64,000 nucleotides of DNA from an uncultured Actinomycetota bacterium (GTDB taxonomy: Bacteria; Actinomycetota; Actinomycetes; Mycobacteriales; CADCTP01). The notes below the pieces were generated by a model. That model worked only from the letters and a program-made list of their open reading frames with translations, had not been told where the DNA came from and searched no databases. A program made the translations under genes and the position numbers. The DNA is taken from the NCBI GenBank assembly GCA_963770145.1, contig CAVYOJ010000002.1, forward strand, positions 180,848 to 244,847, written 5' to 3'. This document shows, piece after piece, positions 41,027 to 53,836 of the stretch; positions within the stretch are counted from its first letter, which is position 1, and each line of letters opens with the position of its first letter.

Positions 41027-42426
41027 TCAGGACGCCTGGCTGACCGTGCTCATGTTGAAGTCGGGCACCCGCAGGGTCGGCATCGCGGTGCGGGTGAAGT
41101 AGTCGCTCCACTCGCGCGGCAGGCAGCGCTCGGTCGGCCCGGCCTCGGTGATGCCGGCCGAGCAGGTCGACCGGCGACTCGTTCCAGCGGAAGTTGTTCA
41201 CCGCGCCGGTGACCTCGCCGTCCTCGACCAGGTAGACCCCGTCGCGGGTGAGGCCGGTCAGCAGCAGGGTCTGCGGGTCGACCTCCCGGATGTACCAGAC
41301 GCAGGTCAGCAGCAGCCCGCGCTCGGTCCGGGCGACCATCTCGTCGGTCGACGCGGTCGCGCCCGGCGCCTCGAGCAGCAGGTTGTCGACGTACGGCGCG
41401 CGGCTGCGTGCCGGTCTTCGTCGCGTACGCCCGGGTGCGGATCAGCTCGGTCAGCACGCCGTCCCGGATCCACTCGGTCGCGCCCGAGCGGCAGGCCGTT
41501 GTCGAAGACCGAGACCGTGCCCTCCGTCCGACTGCGGTCGCGGCCAGGAACGGCGCGCACTCCAGGCCGGGCGCCGCCGGGTCGCTGCGCAGCGTCAGCG
41601 GCAGGGTGGACAGCCGCTCGCCGATCCGGTTGCCGCCGCCCGGCTTGGAGAACACCGTCCGGCCCTCGTCGGCGTCCCGGGCCGCCGGACGAGACCCGTA
41701 GAGGTAGAGGATCAGGTCGGCGACCGCCGACGGCGGCAGCAGCGTCTCGTAGCGCCCCGCCGGCAGCTCGACCGAGCGCTCGGCCCAGTCCAGCCGCCGG
41801 CCCAGCTCCGCGTCGAGCGCCGTCGACGTCGACGTCGGCGAAGTCCGGGCGAGCCCTGGCCGACCCAGGCCGAGCGGCTGTAGTCCGGCGACTTGCCGTT
41901 GATGTCGATCCGGCCGGTCGGCTGCACGTGCCGCAGCCGCAGGCCGGTGGAGGAGCCGAGGTAGCGGGTCTCCAGCGCGTGCTCGGCGAAGCCGAACAGC
42001 AGCCGCTCGCTGCGCCGGCCGCCCGGGCGAACGCCTCGCCCAGGCGCGGGCGCGACCGTCGCGCAGCCTGCCGATCGAGGTCTCGGCCGGGCGGCTCGTC
42101 CCAGCCGGCCGGTGCGCCGTCCGGCTCGACCAGCGGCGCGGCGTCCTCGGCGGGGCCGGCGTCGCGGGCGGCCTGCTCGCTCGCCCGGACCAGGTCCTCC
42201 AGCGTCGTCCGCGGTCACCGCGCTGCGCTGCACCACGCCCGCGGCCGTGCCGGCCGCCGTCGACGACGCTGATCACCGCGACCTCGCGGGAGCGCATCGA
42301 CCCGTTGGTGGTCAGCGTGTTGCTGGCCCAGCGCAGGTTGGCCTCGGACCGCTCCGTCGCGATGACCACGCAGCCGTCGGCCTTGGACAGCGCCAGCGCC
42401 CGCTCGACCGTCTCCTGCGGGGTCAT
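41027..42426 (-). CDS. TldE/PmbA-family metallopeptidase subunit; frame interrupted about 6 times
   Basis: ATG at 42426 forms an ATGA overlap with the tldD stop. MTPQETVERALALSKADGCVVIATERSEANLRWASNTLTTNG, GRYETLLPPSAVADLILYLY and GLLLTCVWYIREVDPQTLLLTGLTRDGVYLVEDGEVTGAVNNFRWNESP are present. The C-terminus ...FNMSTVSQAS* ends at TGA 41027-41029. Confidence 0.8.
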
Positions 42427-43940
42427 CGGCCGCGCCTCCCGGACCGTGTTGAGGATGTTGACGCCGCGGAACAGCGCCGGCGGGCAGCCGTGGCTGACCG
42501 CGGCGACCTGGCCGGGCTGGGCCTTGCCGCAGTTGAACGCGCCGCCGCAGCACGATAGGTCTCCGGGCCGCCGACCGCCTCCATCGAGCCCCAGAAGTCG
42601 GTCGTCGTGGCCTGGTAGGCGACGTCGCGCAGCTGGCCGGCCAGCTGCCCGTTCTCGATCCGGAAGAACCGCTGGCCGGTGAACTGGAAGTTGTAGCGCT
42701 GCATGTCGATCGACCAGGACTTGTCGCCGACGACGTAGATGCCGCGCTCGACGCCGCCGATGAGGTCGTCCAGCGACGGCCCGCCCGGCGCCGGCTGCAG
42801 CGAGACGTTGGCCATCCGCTGCACCGGGATGTGGCCGGGCGAGTCGGCGAACGCGCAGCCGTTGGACCGGCCGAGGCCCTTCAGCTTGGCCATCCGCCGG
42901 TCGAGCTGGTAGCCGACGAGGATCGCCGTCCCGGACGATGTCCCAGGACTGGGTCTGCACGCCGTCGTCGTCGTAGCCGATGGTGGCCAGGCCGTGCTCG
43001 GCGGTGCGGTCGCCGGTCACGTTCATCACCGGCGAGCCGTACTGCAGCGTGCCGAGCTTGTCGAAGGTGGCGAACGAGGTCCCCGCGTAGGCCGCCTCGT
43101 AGCCGAGCGCCCGGTCGAGCTCGGTGGCGTGGCCGATCGACTCGTGGATGGTCAGCCAGAGGTTGGACGGGTCGACGACCAGGTCGTACCGGCCCGGGCT
43201 CGACGGACGGCGCCTTCGCCTTCTCGGCCAGCCACTCCGGGATCTGGGCCAGCTCGCCGGCCCAGTCCCAGGTGTCGCCGGTCAGGTACTCCCAGCCGCG
43301 GCCGGCCGGCGGGGCGCGGGTGCGCATCGTGCTCGAACGTGCCGCGGGACCGGTCGACCGCGGTCGCCGTGAGCTCCGGGTGCATCCGCACCCGCTGCTG
43401 GGTGGTGACGTGCCGGCGAGGTCGGCGTAGAACTTGTTCTCCTGCACCTGCAGCAGCGACGGCCTCGCACGTGGTCGACGCCGTCGGCGGCCAGCAGCCG
43501 CTCGGACCACTCGGTGAGCAGCGCCGATCTTGTCCGCGTCGGGCACCGCGAACGGGTCGACCTCGTACGGCGAGACCCAGGTGACGTCGGCGTGCACCGG
43601 CTCGTCGGCCAGCTCGACGGCTCGGTGTTGACCGGGCGGGACACCTTGGCCACCTCGACCGCCTGCTCGGCGACCCGCGACCGCGGCCTCCGGGGTCAGG
43701 TCGACGCCGGCGGCGAAGCCCCAGGTGCCCTCGTGCACCACCCGGACCGCGAAGCCGAGCGTCCTCGCCGTCCGCTGGCCGAGTCGAGCCGGCCGTCGCG
43801 CGAGCATCAGATCCTGGCTGCGGATCCGCTCCAGCCGGAAGTCGGCGTGCTGCGACGCCGAGCTCGCGGGCGCGGGACAGCGCGGCGTCGGCCAGCCTCC
43901 GCATCGGCAGCGCCAGGAACTCCGGGTCGATCTCGGGCAC
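42423..43940 (-). CDS. tldD: TldD-family metallopeptidase; frame interrupted about 7 times
   Basis: GTG at 43940 with RBS GGAGGA. VPEIDPEFLALPMRRLADAALSRARELG, GFAVRVVHEGTWGFAAGVDLT, LWLTIHESIGHATELDR-type segments, FQFTGQRFFRIENGQLAGQL and YCGKAQPGQVAAVSHGCPPALFRGVNILNT are scattered over several frames. Confidence 0.82.
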
Positions 43941-44013
43941 GAGCTCCTCCTCGCAAGATCTCGCCTCTCGCCCGAACACTAGTCCGGCCGGCCAACCGGG
44001 TTCTGGGGCTGCC

Positions 44014-44344
44014 TTACGGTCGCCAGCGGAGGGCGAGGGCGCGTACGGCCGGGTCGTCCGACTCGTGCAGCGTCGCCCAGTCGGCCGCCGGGTCGCCGTC
44101 GGCGGCGGCGAGGTCGGCCAGCAGCGCGTCCGGCGGATCGGTGGGCTGCTCGGCGGCGTCCTCGACCCGACCGAGCAGGCCGGCGTCGACCCAGGGCCCG
44201 TCCGGCGGAGCGGACGTCGAGATCGAGCGGCGGCGGGAACGGGTCGGTCGCGCCGGCGGTGTCGGCCCAGCCGGCCGGATCGGTGCCGTCCTGCCAGGCC
44301 GCCGGCGCGCGCCGATCCGTCTCGATCGATCCCGGCTCCGCCAT
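44014..44344 (-). CDS. small acidic hypothetical protein (about 110 aa); frame interrupted near 44215
   Basis: An RBS AGGAGG lies 7 nt before ATG 44344. MAEPGSIETDRRAPAAWQDGTDPAGWADTAGATDPFPPPLDLDV joins SAPPDGPWVDAGLLGRVEDAAEQPTDPPDALLADLAAADGDPAADWATLHESDDPAVRALALRWRP*. Confidence 0.5.
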
Positions 44345-44396
44345 CCCGTGCCTCCTGTTCGCCGCACGGCGTGTCCGCCGCTCAGGCTAGGCGATC

Positions 44397-46676
44397 ATGA
44401 CCTTTCGGCCCAAGGTCGTCTATCCTCCGTGGGTGCTGGACAGTCGGGGCAGCGGGCGATCAACCGTGCTCGCGGACGCCCTCACCCATCCCGGGCTGGT
44501 CGTGATCGCGGGACCGCGGGCGAGCGGCAAGACCGCGATGGTACGGGCGGCGGGCGTGCCGTTGCTGGCCGCGCGGGCACTGGCCCCGATGCGGCACCGG
44601 GCCGGGCTTCCGCTCGCCCGGGCGATCCGGGCGCCGATGCCGGTCGACGACGTCGCGCTGGCGGCCGAGGCGGTCCGGATCCGCCTCGGCGAGCGGGCGC
44701 TGCTGGTGGACGACGTGCAGCACGCCGACGCGTACACGCTCGCGGTGCTGGCATCGGTTGCGCCGGCCGTCCCGGTGGTGGTGACGCTGCGGACGCCATC
44801 GGCGATCGCCGACCGGCTGCGCGCCGTGTCCCGGCTCTGGCTCGACCTCCCGCCCCGACCCCGCGAGGGCGAGCCGGACGCCCGCACGCTGGCCGGGCTG
44901 CCGGTCGCCGCCCGGACCGCGCTGGCGGCGCTCGGGCTGCTCGGGCGGCCGGCGCCGGCGGGCCTGCTCGGCCCGGGCGTCGGCGCGCTGCTGCAGGCCG
45001 GGCTGGTCGAGCAGGAGCGCGGACGGGATCGCGCCGCGGCCGGGACACCTGGCCGAGCTGGCGGCGGGCGTGCTCGCGCCGGCCGAGCGGCGGGCACTGC
45101 ACGCTCGGCTGGGCGACGCGCTGCTGGACGGGGTGGAGGCGGCCCGGCACCTGATCGCCGCCGGCTCGCCGGCCGCCGCGGCCGCCCGGGCCCAGGCCGC
45201 CGCGGACGAGGCGGAGACGCCTCGGGAGCGCGCCGCGGCGCTGCTGGTCGCGGCGACCGCCGACCCTGCCCTGGCGCTGCCGGCGGCGGCGGCCTGCGCG
45301 GCGGCCGGACTGGCCGGCGAGGCGTTGCGGCTGCTGTCCGGCCCGGTCACGAACGGCCCGACGACCAGGGTCGGCGCGGCCGCGCTGCGGGCGGCCGCGC
45401 TGGTCGACCTCGGCCGACCCGAGGACGCCGCCGCAGAGCTGCGCGCCGTCGACGTGGACGTGCCGACCGTGCCGCCCGCGGTCGCCAGCCTGCACGCGGT
45501 CGCCTCGATCCGCGCCGCCGTCGCCACCGATCCCGAGGTGGCCTGCACGCTGGCCGAGTTCGCGATCGCCGCGGCCCGCGCCGACGCTCCGCCCGCGCTG
45601 CTCGCCGCGCACGCCGCGGCACTGCGCGCGGCCGGCCGGGAGACCTGGGAGGACGCGGCCCGGGCCGCCATGGACGCGGCCGCCGCGGCCGGGGACCGGG
45701 TCGCCGAGCGGCTCGCCGGCGCGGCGCTGGTCGCCGGGCTGCGCGACCTGAGCCGGGTCGGAGAGGCCGGTGACCTCGCCGCCGAGCTGGCCGCGGCGGC
45801 CGCGGCGCGACGGCGCGTACAGCGCGGAGCTGCAGTTCCGGGCCGACGCGCTCTGGGCGGCCATGCACGCCGACGGCGCGCTGGACGAGGCGCTGCGCTC
45901 GGCCGGCGCGCTGCTGGACCGGACCGTGCCGGCCGACGCCCGGCCGCTGCTGGTCGCGACGCTCGCGCTGGCCCGGGCCGACACCGGGGCGCTGCCGGCG
46001 GCGCGGGAGCTGCTCGACCGGGCCGGCCCCGCCGCCGCGGACCGTACCGTCCGGTGGGTCGCGGCCGAGGCGTCCTGGCTGGCCGGTGAGGCGGAGGCGG
46101 CCCGGGACGCCGCCGACGCGCTGCCCGGTCCGGGACATGCCGGCCCGGCTGGCCCTGCTGACGGCCCGGTGGGCCCGCCGGGACACGAACGAGGACCTCG
46201 ACGAGCCGCTGCCGCGGGCCGGCGCGCTCGGCCGCACCGGCGTCGGGCCGGCGGCGGTGACGATCGCGGCCTGGGACGCCGGCGGCGGCGCGCTGGTCGC
46301 CGCGGCCACCGCGTGGAAGGGCGTCATGGTGCGCGAGCAGGTGCGCTGCCTGCTCGGCGCCGGGCTGGCCGGCTCGGTCGACTGCCTGCTCGCGGCCGAG
46401 CAGGTGGCGGCCGAGACGGGACTGACCACGCTGCTCGGCCGGGTGCGCTGGGCCTTGGAGGCGCACGGGATCACCCGGCCGCCGCCGCCGCCGGTCGAGC
46501 TGCCGGCGTCGGAGCGGGAGGTGCTCACGCTGGTCGGCGTCGGCCTGTCCACGCCCCGGATCGCCGTCCGGCTCGGGCTGACCCGGGCCGAGGTGGAGGC
46601 GCGGGTGCGGTCGGCGATGGCCGCGCTGGGCGCCCGGACCCGGACCGAGGCCGCGCTGCGCGCGGCCGGCGGCTGA
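44397..46676 (+). CDS. large LuxR-family transcriptional regulator (N-terminal P-loop ATPase, helical repeats, C-terminal LuxR HTH); frame interrupted about 3 times (near 45020, 45830, 46130)
   Basis: The P-loop reads VVIAGPRASGKTAMV, with LLVDDVQHAD following. An Ala-rich helical middle lies in ORFs 45070..46089 and 45770..46843. The C-terminal HTH reads LPASEREVLTLVGVGLSTPRIAVRLGLTRAEVEARVRSAM (ORF 46086..46676). Confidence 0.75.
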
Positions 46677-46682
46677 CCGGAC

Positions 46683-47351
46683 CTACCAGGGGATCCGCTG
46701 CCGCCGGTGCCAGAAGCCGCCGGTCGGCCCGTCGTCGGGCAGCGTGGCCAGCCAGACGACCGTGTCGGCGCCCTCGGCCAGCGAGGTCGGCGCGTCCGAG
46801 CCGCCCAGCCGGGTCGCCACCCAGCCCGGGTCGGCGGCGTTGACCAGCACCCGCGGCCCGGCCTCGGCGGCGACGATGCGCGTCAGCGCGTTGAGCGCGG
46901 TCTTGGACCACGCGGCGGCGGCCGGCGGTGAGCCGCCCATCTGCGCGGAGGCGGTCGAGACGGCGACGACCCGGCCCCAGCCGCGCTCGCGCATGGGCGG
47001 CACGAACGCGCGGCAGGTCCGCCAGACGCCGAGAGCGTTGATCTGGAACGCCTCGGTGAGCTCGGCCTCGTCGGCCAGCAGCACCGGCGTGCCGGGATAG
47101 ACGCCCGCGTTGTTCACCAGCACGTCGACGGCCACGCCGGCGGCGTCGAGCCGATGGGCGCAGGCGGTCACGCTCTCCCGGTCGGTGACGTCGAGCTGCT
47201 CGGCCCGGACGCCGAGCCGCTCGGCCGCGGCGGCGGCCCGGGCAGGGTCCCGGGCGGTGAGCACGACGTCGTGGCCGGCCGCCGCGAGCTGCCGGCAGAC
47301 CTCGAGGCCGATGCCGCGGTTGCCGCCGGTGACGAGTGCCGTGCGGGGCAT
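46683..47351 (-). CDS. SDR family oxidoreductase
   Basis: ATG at 47351; intact. ALVTGGNRGIGLEV and LVNNAG are present. This is the tail of ORF 46683..47864(-). Confidence 0.88.
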   Translation of the reverse strand: MPRTALVTGGNRGIGLEVCRQLAAAGHDVVLTARDPARAAAAAERLGVRAEQLDVTDRESVTACAHRLDAAGVAVDVLVNNAGVYPGTPVLLADEAELTEAFQINALGVWRTCRAFVPPMRERGWGRVVAVSTASAQMGGSPPAAAAWSKTALNALTRIVAAEAGPRVLVNAADPGWVATRLGGSDAPTSLAEGADTVVWLATLPDDGPTGGFWHRRQRIPW

Positions 47352-47369
47352 GCTGCCTATTGTCGCGGG

Positions 47370-47876
47370 GTGGCGTACCGCGTCTGCTTCGTCTGCTCGG
47401 GCAACATCTGCCGCTCGCCGACGGCCGAGGCGGTGCTCCGGCGCCGGCTGGCCGAGGCCGGGCTGGACGGCGAGGTCGAGGTGGACAGCGCCGGGCTCGG
47501 CGACTGGCACGTCGGCGAGGACGTGGACGAGCGGTCGGCCGCGGCGCTGCGGGCGCGGGGCTACCCGGCCTGGGCGCACGCGGCCAAGCAGTTCCGCGCG
47601 GCCGACTTCGAGGACCGGGACCTGGTCGTCGCGCTCGACGCCGGGCACGAGCAGGCGCTGCGGGCGATGGCGCCGACCGCGGCCGACCGGGCCAAGATCC
47701 GGCTGCTGCGCTCGTACGACCCGGCGGCGGCGGACGACCCGGACGGGCTCGACGTGCCCGATCCGTACTACGGCGGCGAGCGCGGGTTCGAGCGCGTGCT
47801 GGACCAGGTCGAGGCCGCCTGCGCCGGGTTGCTGGCCGAGGTCGAGGCGGAGCTGTGGATCCATCCGAACGGGTGA
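47370..47876 (+). CDS. low molecular weight protein-tyrosine-phosphatase
   Basis: GTG at 47370. VCFVCSGNICRSPTAEAV carries the C-X5-R-S loop, and the DP motif appears in DVPDPYYG. Intact. Confidence 0.9.
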   Translation: MAYRVCFVCSGNICRSPTAEAVLRRRLAEAGLDGEVEVDSAGLGDWHVGEDVDERSAAALRARGYPAWAHAAKQFRAADFEDRDLVVALDAGHEQALRAMAPTAADRAKIRLLRSYDPAAADDPDGLDVPDPYYGGERGFERVLDQVEAACAGLLAEVEAELWIHPNG

Positions 47877-48703
47877 TGCTGGTGCTCGGCACCGCCGTGG
47901 TGTCGGCCCGGCCGACCGGGGCGGCGATCACCGGGGAGCGCTGGCGGCTGCGGCTGGCCGACGGCCGGGACGTGTTCGTGAAGACCAGGACCGGCGCGCC
48001 GGACGGGTTCTTCGCCACCGAGGCGGCCGGCCTGGACTGGCTGGGCGCGGCGCCGGGCGGGCCGCCGGTGCCGGCCGCGCTCGGGTACGACACCGACCTG
48101 CTGGTGCTGCCCTGGCTGGTGGAGGAGCCGCCGACCAGCGGGGCGGTCGAGCGGCTCGGTCGCGAGCTGGCCGCCCTGCACGCGGCCGGGTCGCCGGTCT
48201 TCGGCGCCGCGCAGGACGGCTGGATCGGTGCGGCCGAGCTGGAGAACCGGCCGGCGGACGGGTGGCCGGAGTTCTACGCCGACCGGCGGGTCCGGCCGTA
48301 CGTGCGGCAGCTGCGGGACGGCGGGCAGCTCGTCGACGAGGAGGTCGCGGTGTTCGAGCGGCTGGCGGCGCGGTTGCCGGAGCTGGCCGGTCCGGCCGAG
48401 CCGCCGGCCCGGATCCACGGCGACCTGTGGACCGGCAACGTGCTGTGGTCCGGCGGCCGTGGCTGGCTCGTCGACCCGGCGGCGCACGGCGGGCACCGGG
48501 AGACCGATCTGGCCATGCTGACCCTCTTCGGCGAGGGGTGGGTGCCGCGGCTGCTCGCTGCGTACGCGGAGAGCACGCCGCTCGCGGACGGGTGGCGGGA
48601 GCGGCAGCGGCTGCACCAGATCCACCCGCTGCTCGTGCACGCGGTCCTGTTCGGCGGCGGCTACCTCGCCGCCGCCCTGGCCGCCGCCGAGCACTACCTC
48701 TAG
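47876..48703 (+). CDS. fructosamine kinase family protein
   Basis: ATG at 47876 (or GTG at 47873) overlaps the previous stop. VFVKT, HGDLWTGNVLW and GHRETDLAML are present. Intact. Confidence 0.88.
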   Translation: MLVLGTAVVSARPTGAAITGERWRLRLADGRDVFVKTRTGAPDGFFATEAAGLDWLGAAPGGPPVPAALGYDTDLLVLPWLVEEPPTSGAVERLGRELAALHAAGSPVFGAAQDGWIGAAELENRPADGWPEFYADRRVRPYVRQLRDGGQLVDEEVAVFERLAARLPELAGPAEPPARIHGDLWTGNVLWSGGRGWLVDPAAHGGHRETDLAMLTLFGEGWVPRLLAAYAESTPLADGWRERQRLHQIHPLLVHAVLFGGGYLAAALAAAEHYL

Positions 48704-48732
48704 ACGACCGGTCGGTCAGGCGACGGGTCGTC
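48703..48732 (+). terminator. hairpin immediately after the fructosamine kinase stop
   Basis: GACGACCgGTCG-gtcagg-CGACgGGTCGTC gives about 11 bp of pairing with one internal mismatch. There is no T-tract. Confidence 0.4.
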
Positions 48733-48862
48733 CCGGGCGATCCGGCCGATCCGCGTGCTCGCCGCCGCGTCCACGCGCGCGTCGGTCAGCGGTCGTCCCG
48801 CTCGTGACCGCGCCGATGTCGTCGCCGGCATGATCGCGGGCACGCCCGGGTAGATCGCAGCC

Positions 48863-49330
48863 ATGACGGGGCCGACGTACGACGACCGGCGCGGGGCGCC
48901 GGAGCCGGGCGGGGAGCCGTACCCGGATGCGGGCGGCCCCGGAGCGGGGCCGGAGCCGCCGGCCGCGCCGCCGGCCGGAGCGCCCACCACGGTGCCGCCG
49001 CGGACCCGGGTGAGCGGGATCTGGGTCGCCTCGATCGCTGCCGTCGTCGTGCTGCTGCTCCTGCTGATCTTCATCCTGCAGAACGGCGACCGGGTGAAGA
49101 TCAACATCTTCGGCGCCAACCCGACCCTGCCGCTCGGGGTCGCCCTGCTGCTGGCGGCGGTGCTCGGGGCACTGCTGGTCGCGCTCATCGGCGCCGCGCG
49201 GGTGGTGCAGTTGCGGCACACCACCCGCAAGATGGCGCGCGAGGTCGCGGTGACCGCGGGGCCTGTGCGGGTACTCACAGCGGCCCCGGGGAACACTCGG
49301 TCGGCGTGGCGCGTGCACCAGATGCGATGA
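48863..49330 (+). CDS. LapA-domain (DUF1049) membrane protein
   Basis: A Pro-rich N-terminus is followed by two TM helices flanking NGDRVKINIFG. Intact. Confidence 0.72.
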   Translation: MTGPTYDDRRGAPEPGGEPYPDAGGPGAGPEPPAAPPAGAPTTVPPRTRVSGIWVASIAAVVVLLLLLIFILQNGDRVKINIFGANPTLPLGVALLLAAVLGALLVALIGAARVVQLRHTTRKMAREVAVTAGPVRVLTAAPGNTRSAWRVHQMR

Positions 49331-50333
49331 CTGACGAAACCACGACGACAAAGAAGGCAATCCTGTCACCGGTCGAGGTCGGTGCCGGGGCCGGCGCGGC
49401 GGTGATCGCCGCGTTCGCCTCCTCCTACCTCGGCACGGCCGGGACGCTGACCGGCGCCGCGGTGGCCAGCGTGGTCGGCACCGTGAGCACGTCCGTGCTG
49501 CGGAGCTCGGCCCGGACGAGCGCGCAGCGGTTGAAGCAGACCACGACGCGATTGCGGGACACCCAGGTCGAGCATGTCCAGGCGACCGACGTGCGTCCGG
49601 TCGAGTCGGAGGACATCGACCCGTACGGGACGCAGCTTTTTGGTGCGTCCGACTGGATCGATCCCGATGCCCGCGCCGGCTCGGACAGCGGGCTGGCCGG
49701 GTCGACCGGCGCCGACCCCGGCAGTGCGTGGGAGGCGCCGACCCAGCGCCTGGCAACCGGTGCGGGCGGGTGGCCGGATGCCGGCGCGACCGGCCCCGGC
49801 ACCCGGACGAGCGGCAGGCCGGGAGACGACGCGACCAGCCCCGGGACCGGCGCGACCACCCGCCGGGACCGGCGCGACCAGCCCCGGCGCCGGGGCGGGC
49901 GGGACTCGGGCGGAGCGGGGGTCCGGCCGGTCGGGTCGGGACCGGGCTGCGGCGGGTCCGGCGTCGGTGGGTCGTGGTGGGAGCCGGCGCGGTGGCCGCG
50001 TTCGCGCTCGCCCTCGGTGCGATCACCGGGATCGAGGCCGCCGCCGGCAAGCCGCTGTCCGGCCTGGCCGGCAGGGAGTCCGGCGGCGGTACGACGCTCG
50101 GCCGGGCCACCGGCGGGGACGGCGGCTCCGGCCGCACCACGCCGAGCCCGACGCCGACGCCGACCACGAGCGGCGGCGCGACCTCCACCGCCCCGGCGCC
50201 GGGCAACGGCCCGACTGTCTCGCCGACCGCGCCCTCGAGCCCGGCACCATCGCCGAGCCAGCAGCCGCCCACGCAGGCACCCACCCAGGCGCCGACGCAG
50301 GCGCCCAGCGCCGCGAACCAGCAGACCCCGTGA
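49327..50333 (+). CDS. membrane-anchored Pro/Thr-rich hypothetical protein; frame interrupted near 49900-49960
   Basis: ATG at 49327 forms an ATGA-type overlap with the previous stop. A TM segment reads VGAGAGAAVIAAFASSYLGTAGTLTGAAVASVVG. After the shift there is a second TM (WVVVGAGAVAAFALALGAITGI) and a PTQAPTQAPTQAP tail (ORF 49728..50333). Confidence 0.55.
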
Positions 50334-50337
50334 CGAC

Positions 50338-50366
50338 GAGCCGCCCGGGCACCGCCCGGGCGGCTC
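50338..50366. terminator. bidirectional hairpin between convergent genes
   Basis: GAGCCGCCCGGGC-ACC-GCCCGGGCGGCTC forms a perfect 13-bp stem. Confidence 0.6.
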
Positions 50367-50369
50367 CGC

Positions 50370-50824
50370 TCAGTGCGGCAGCTTCACCACGGTGACGAAG
50401 AAGTCGTCGATCTGCTGGACCACCTTGATGAACCGCTCGAAGTCGACCGGCTTGGTCACGTACGCGTTGGCGTGCAGGTCGTAGGAGCGCAGCACGTCCT
50501 CCTCCGCCTCGGAGGTGGTGAGCACGACCACCGGGATCGCCCGCAGCGACTCGTCCGCCTTGATCTCGGCCAGCACCTCCCGGCCGTCCTTCCGGGGCAG
50601 GTTGAGGTCGAGCAGGATCAGGCCGGGCCGCGGCGCGTCGGCGTACTCCCCCTCGCGGCGCAGGAAGGCCACGGCCTCGACCCCGTCGGTGACGACGTGC
50701 AGGGTGTTGCGGAGCTTGTGCTCCTCGAACGCCTCGCGCGTCATCAGCACGTCGCCCGGGTCGTCCTCGACGAGCAGCACGTCGATGATCGCGGGCAGCG
50801 CGGCGGTGGGGTCCGTGATCTCGG

Positions 50825-50828
<4 letters not shown>
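50370..50828 (-). CDS. single-domain (CheY-like) response regulator
   Basis: Intact. [22 protein letters not shown] and AYVTKP give the phospho-acceptor Asp and the conserved Lys. Confidence 0.9.
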
Positions 50829-52440
<1,612 letters not shown>

Positions 52441-52444
<4 letters not shown>

Positions 52445-53673
52445 CGGTCAGGCTCACCGCCGGCAGCGGCGCCGACCAGCAGCACCGCGACGTCGTCGAC
52501 GAGGTCGCCGCCGTTGAGCGCCTCGGCCTGCTGGATCAGCGAGTCCACGAACGGCTCCGGCGCCGACCGCCAGGCCGGGTCGCGCCGGACCTGCCGCTGC
52601 ACCAGCTCGGCCAGGCCCTCGCCGCCCAGCCGCTCCGGGCCGAGCCCGACCCGGCCGTCGATCAGCCCGTCGGTGTGCAGCAGCAGCGCCCAGTCCGCGG
52701 GCAGCTCGACCTCGGTGGCCGGCCAGGACGTGCGGGTCACCACCCCGAGCGGCGGGACGACCCGCGCCTCGGACAGCAGCCGTACGGTCTCGCCGACGAG
52801 CAGCGGCGCCGGATGGCCGACCAGGTGCATCGAGGCCGTACGACGGTCCGGGGAGATCGTCAGCGTGCAGACGGTCGCGAAGATGTGCTCGCGGTGCCGC
52901 TCGTGCACCAGGACCTGCTGCAGCGTCGCCAAGATCTCGTCGGACGGCCGGGACGCCAGCACCAGCGCGCGCCAGGCGATCCGCAGCCGTACGCCGAGCG
53001 CGGCCTCGTCCGGACCGTGCCCGCTGACGTCGCCGATCATCACGTGCAGCGTGCCGTCCGGGTCGCGGACCGCGTCGTAGAAGTCGCCGCCGAGCAGCAG
53101 CCGGCGCCCGCCGGCCTGGTAGCGCGCGGCGAACAGGACGCCGGCGCCGGCGATCAGCGGGCTGGGCAGCAGGCCGCGCTCCAGCCGGGTGTTCTCCTCG
53201 GCGTGCAGCTGCTGCTCGTGCAGCGCCCGCTCGGTGGCCTCGATCCGGGACCGGCCGATCGCGTACCGGATCGCCCGGGTCAGCAGCTGCCCGTCGACCT
53301 GACCCTTGACCAGGTAGTCCTGCGCGCCGGCGGCGACCGCCTCGGCCCCGCGGTGCTCGTCGGCCAGGCCGGTGAGGACCAGCAGCGCCACCCCGTCGGC
53401 CCGCGCGGCCAGCCGGCGCAGCCCGTCCAGGCCGGACGCGTCGGGCAGGCCGAGGTCGAGCAGGACGCAGTCGACCCGGCCGACCTCGGCCTCGGCCTCG
53501 GCCAGCGTGCGGGCGCGGAGCAGCTCGACCTGGCCGACGGCCTCGTCCAGGAGCTCCTGCACCAGGAACGCGTCGCCGTCGTCGTCCTCGACCAGCAGGA
53601 CGCGCAGACTCTCGACCGGTGCGGCGGTGCCCATGACGGGCAGGAGGCTGCTCACGACGCCACCTGCCAGCAC
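52441..53673 (-). CDS. response-regulator receiver domain fused to PP2C/SpoIIE-type protein phosphatase
   Basis: Intact 410-aa ORF. The REC domain has RVLLVEDDDGD and CVLLDLGLPD. The PP2C part has GGDFYD, GDVSGHG, LLLHTDGL and DDVAVLLV. Confidence 0.88.
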
Positions 53674-53801
53674 GTTCTCCTGCTCAGATTGATTCTCCCT
53701 CGTCCGGCCGCGCGCGCCGTCCCCTCACCTGCGGGTCGGACCAGAAAGGCCGCGCTTCCGCTGGGACGCATGCTAGCGCGGCCTGTGACGCGGCTCGTCA
53801 C

Positions 53802-53824
53802 TTGTACTAGTAGCTCTAGAACAA
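53802..53824 (+). promoter_or_regulatory. imperfect inverted repeat, candidate autoregulatory operator of the GntR gene
   Basis: TTGTACTAG-tagct-CTAGAACAA has 8 of 9 arm positions complementary. It sits in an unusually AT-rich stretch 13 nt upstream of GTG 53837. Confidence 0.4.
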
Positions 53825-53836
53825 TATGGTGAGCGG

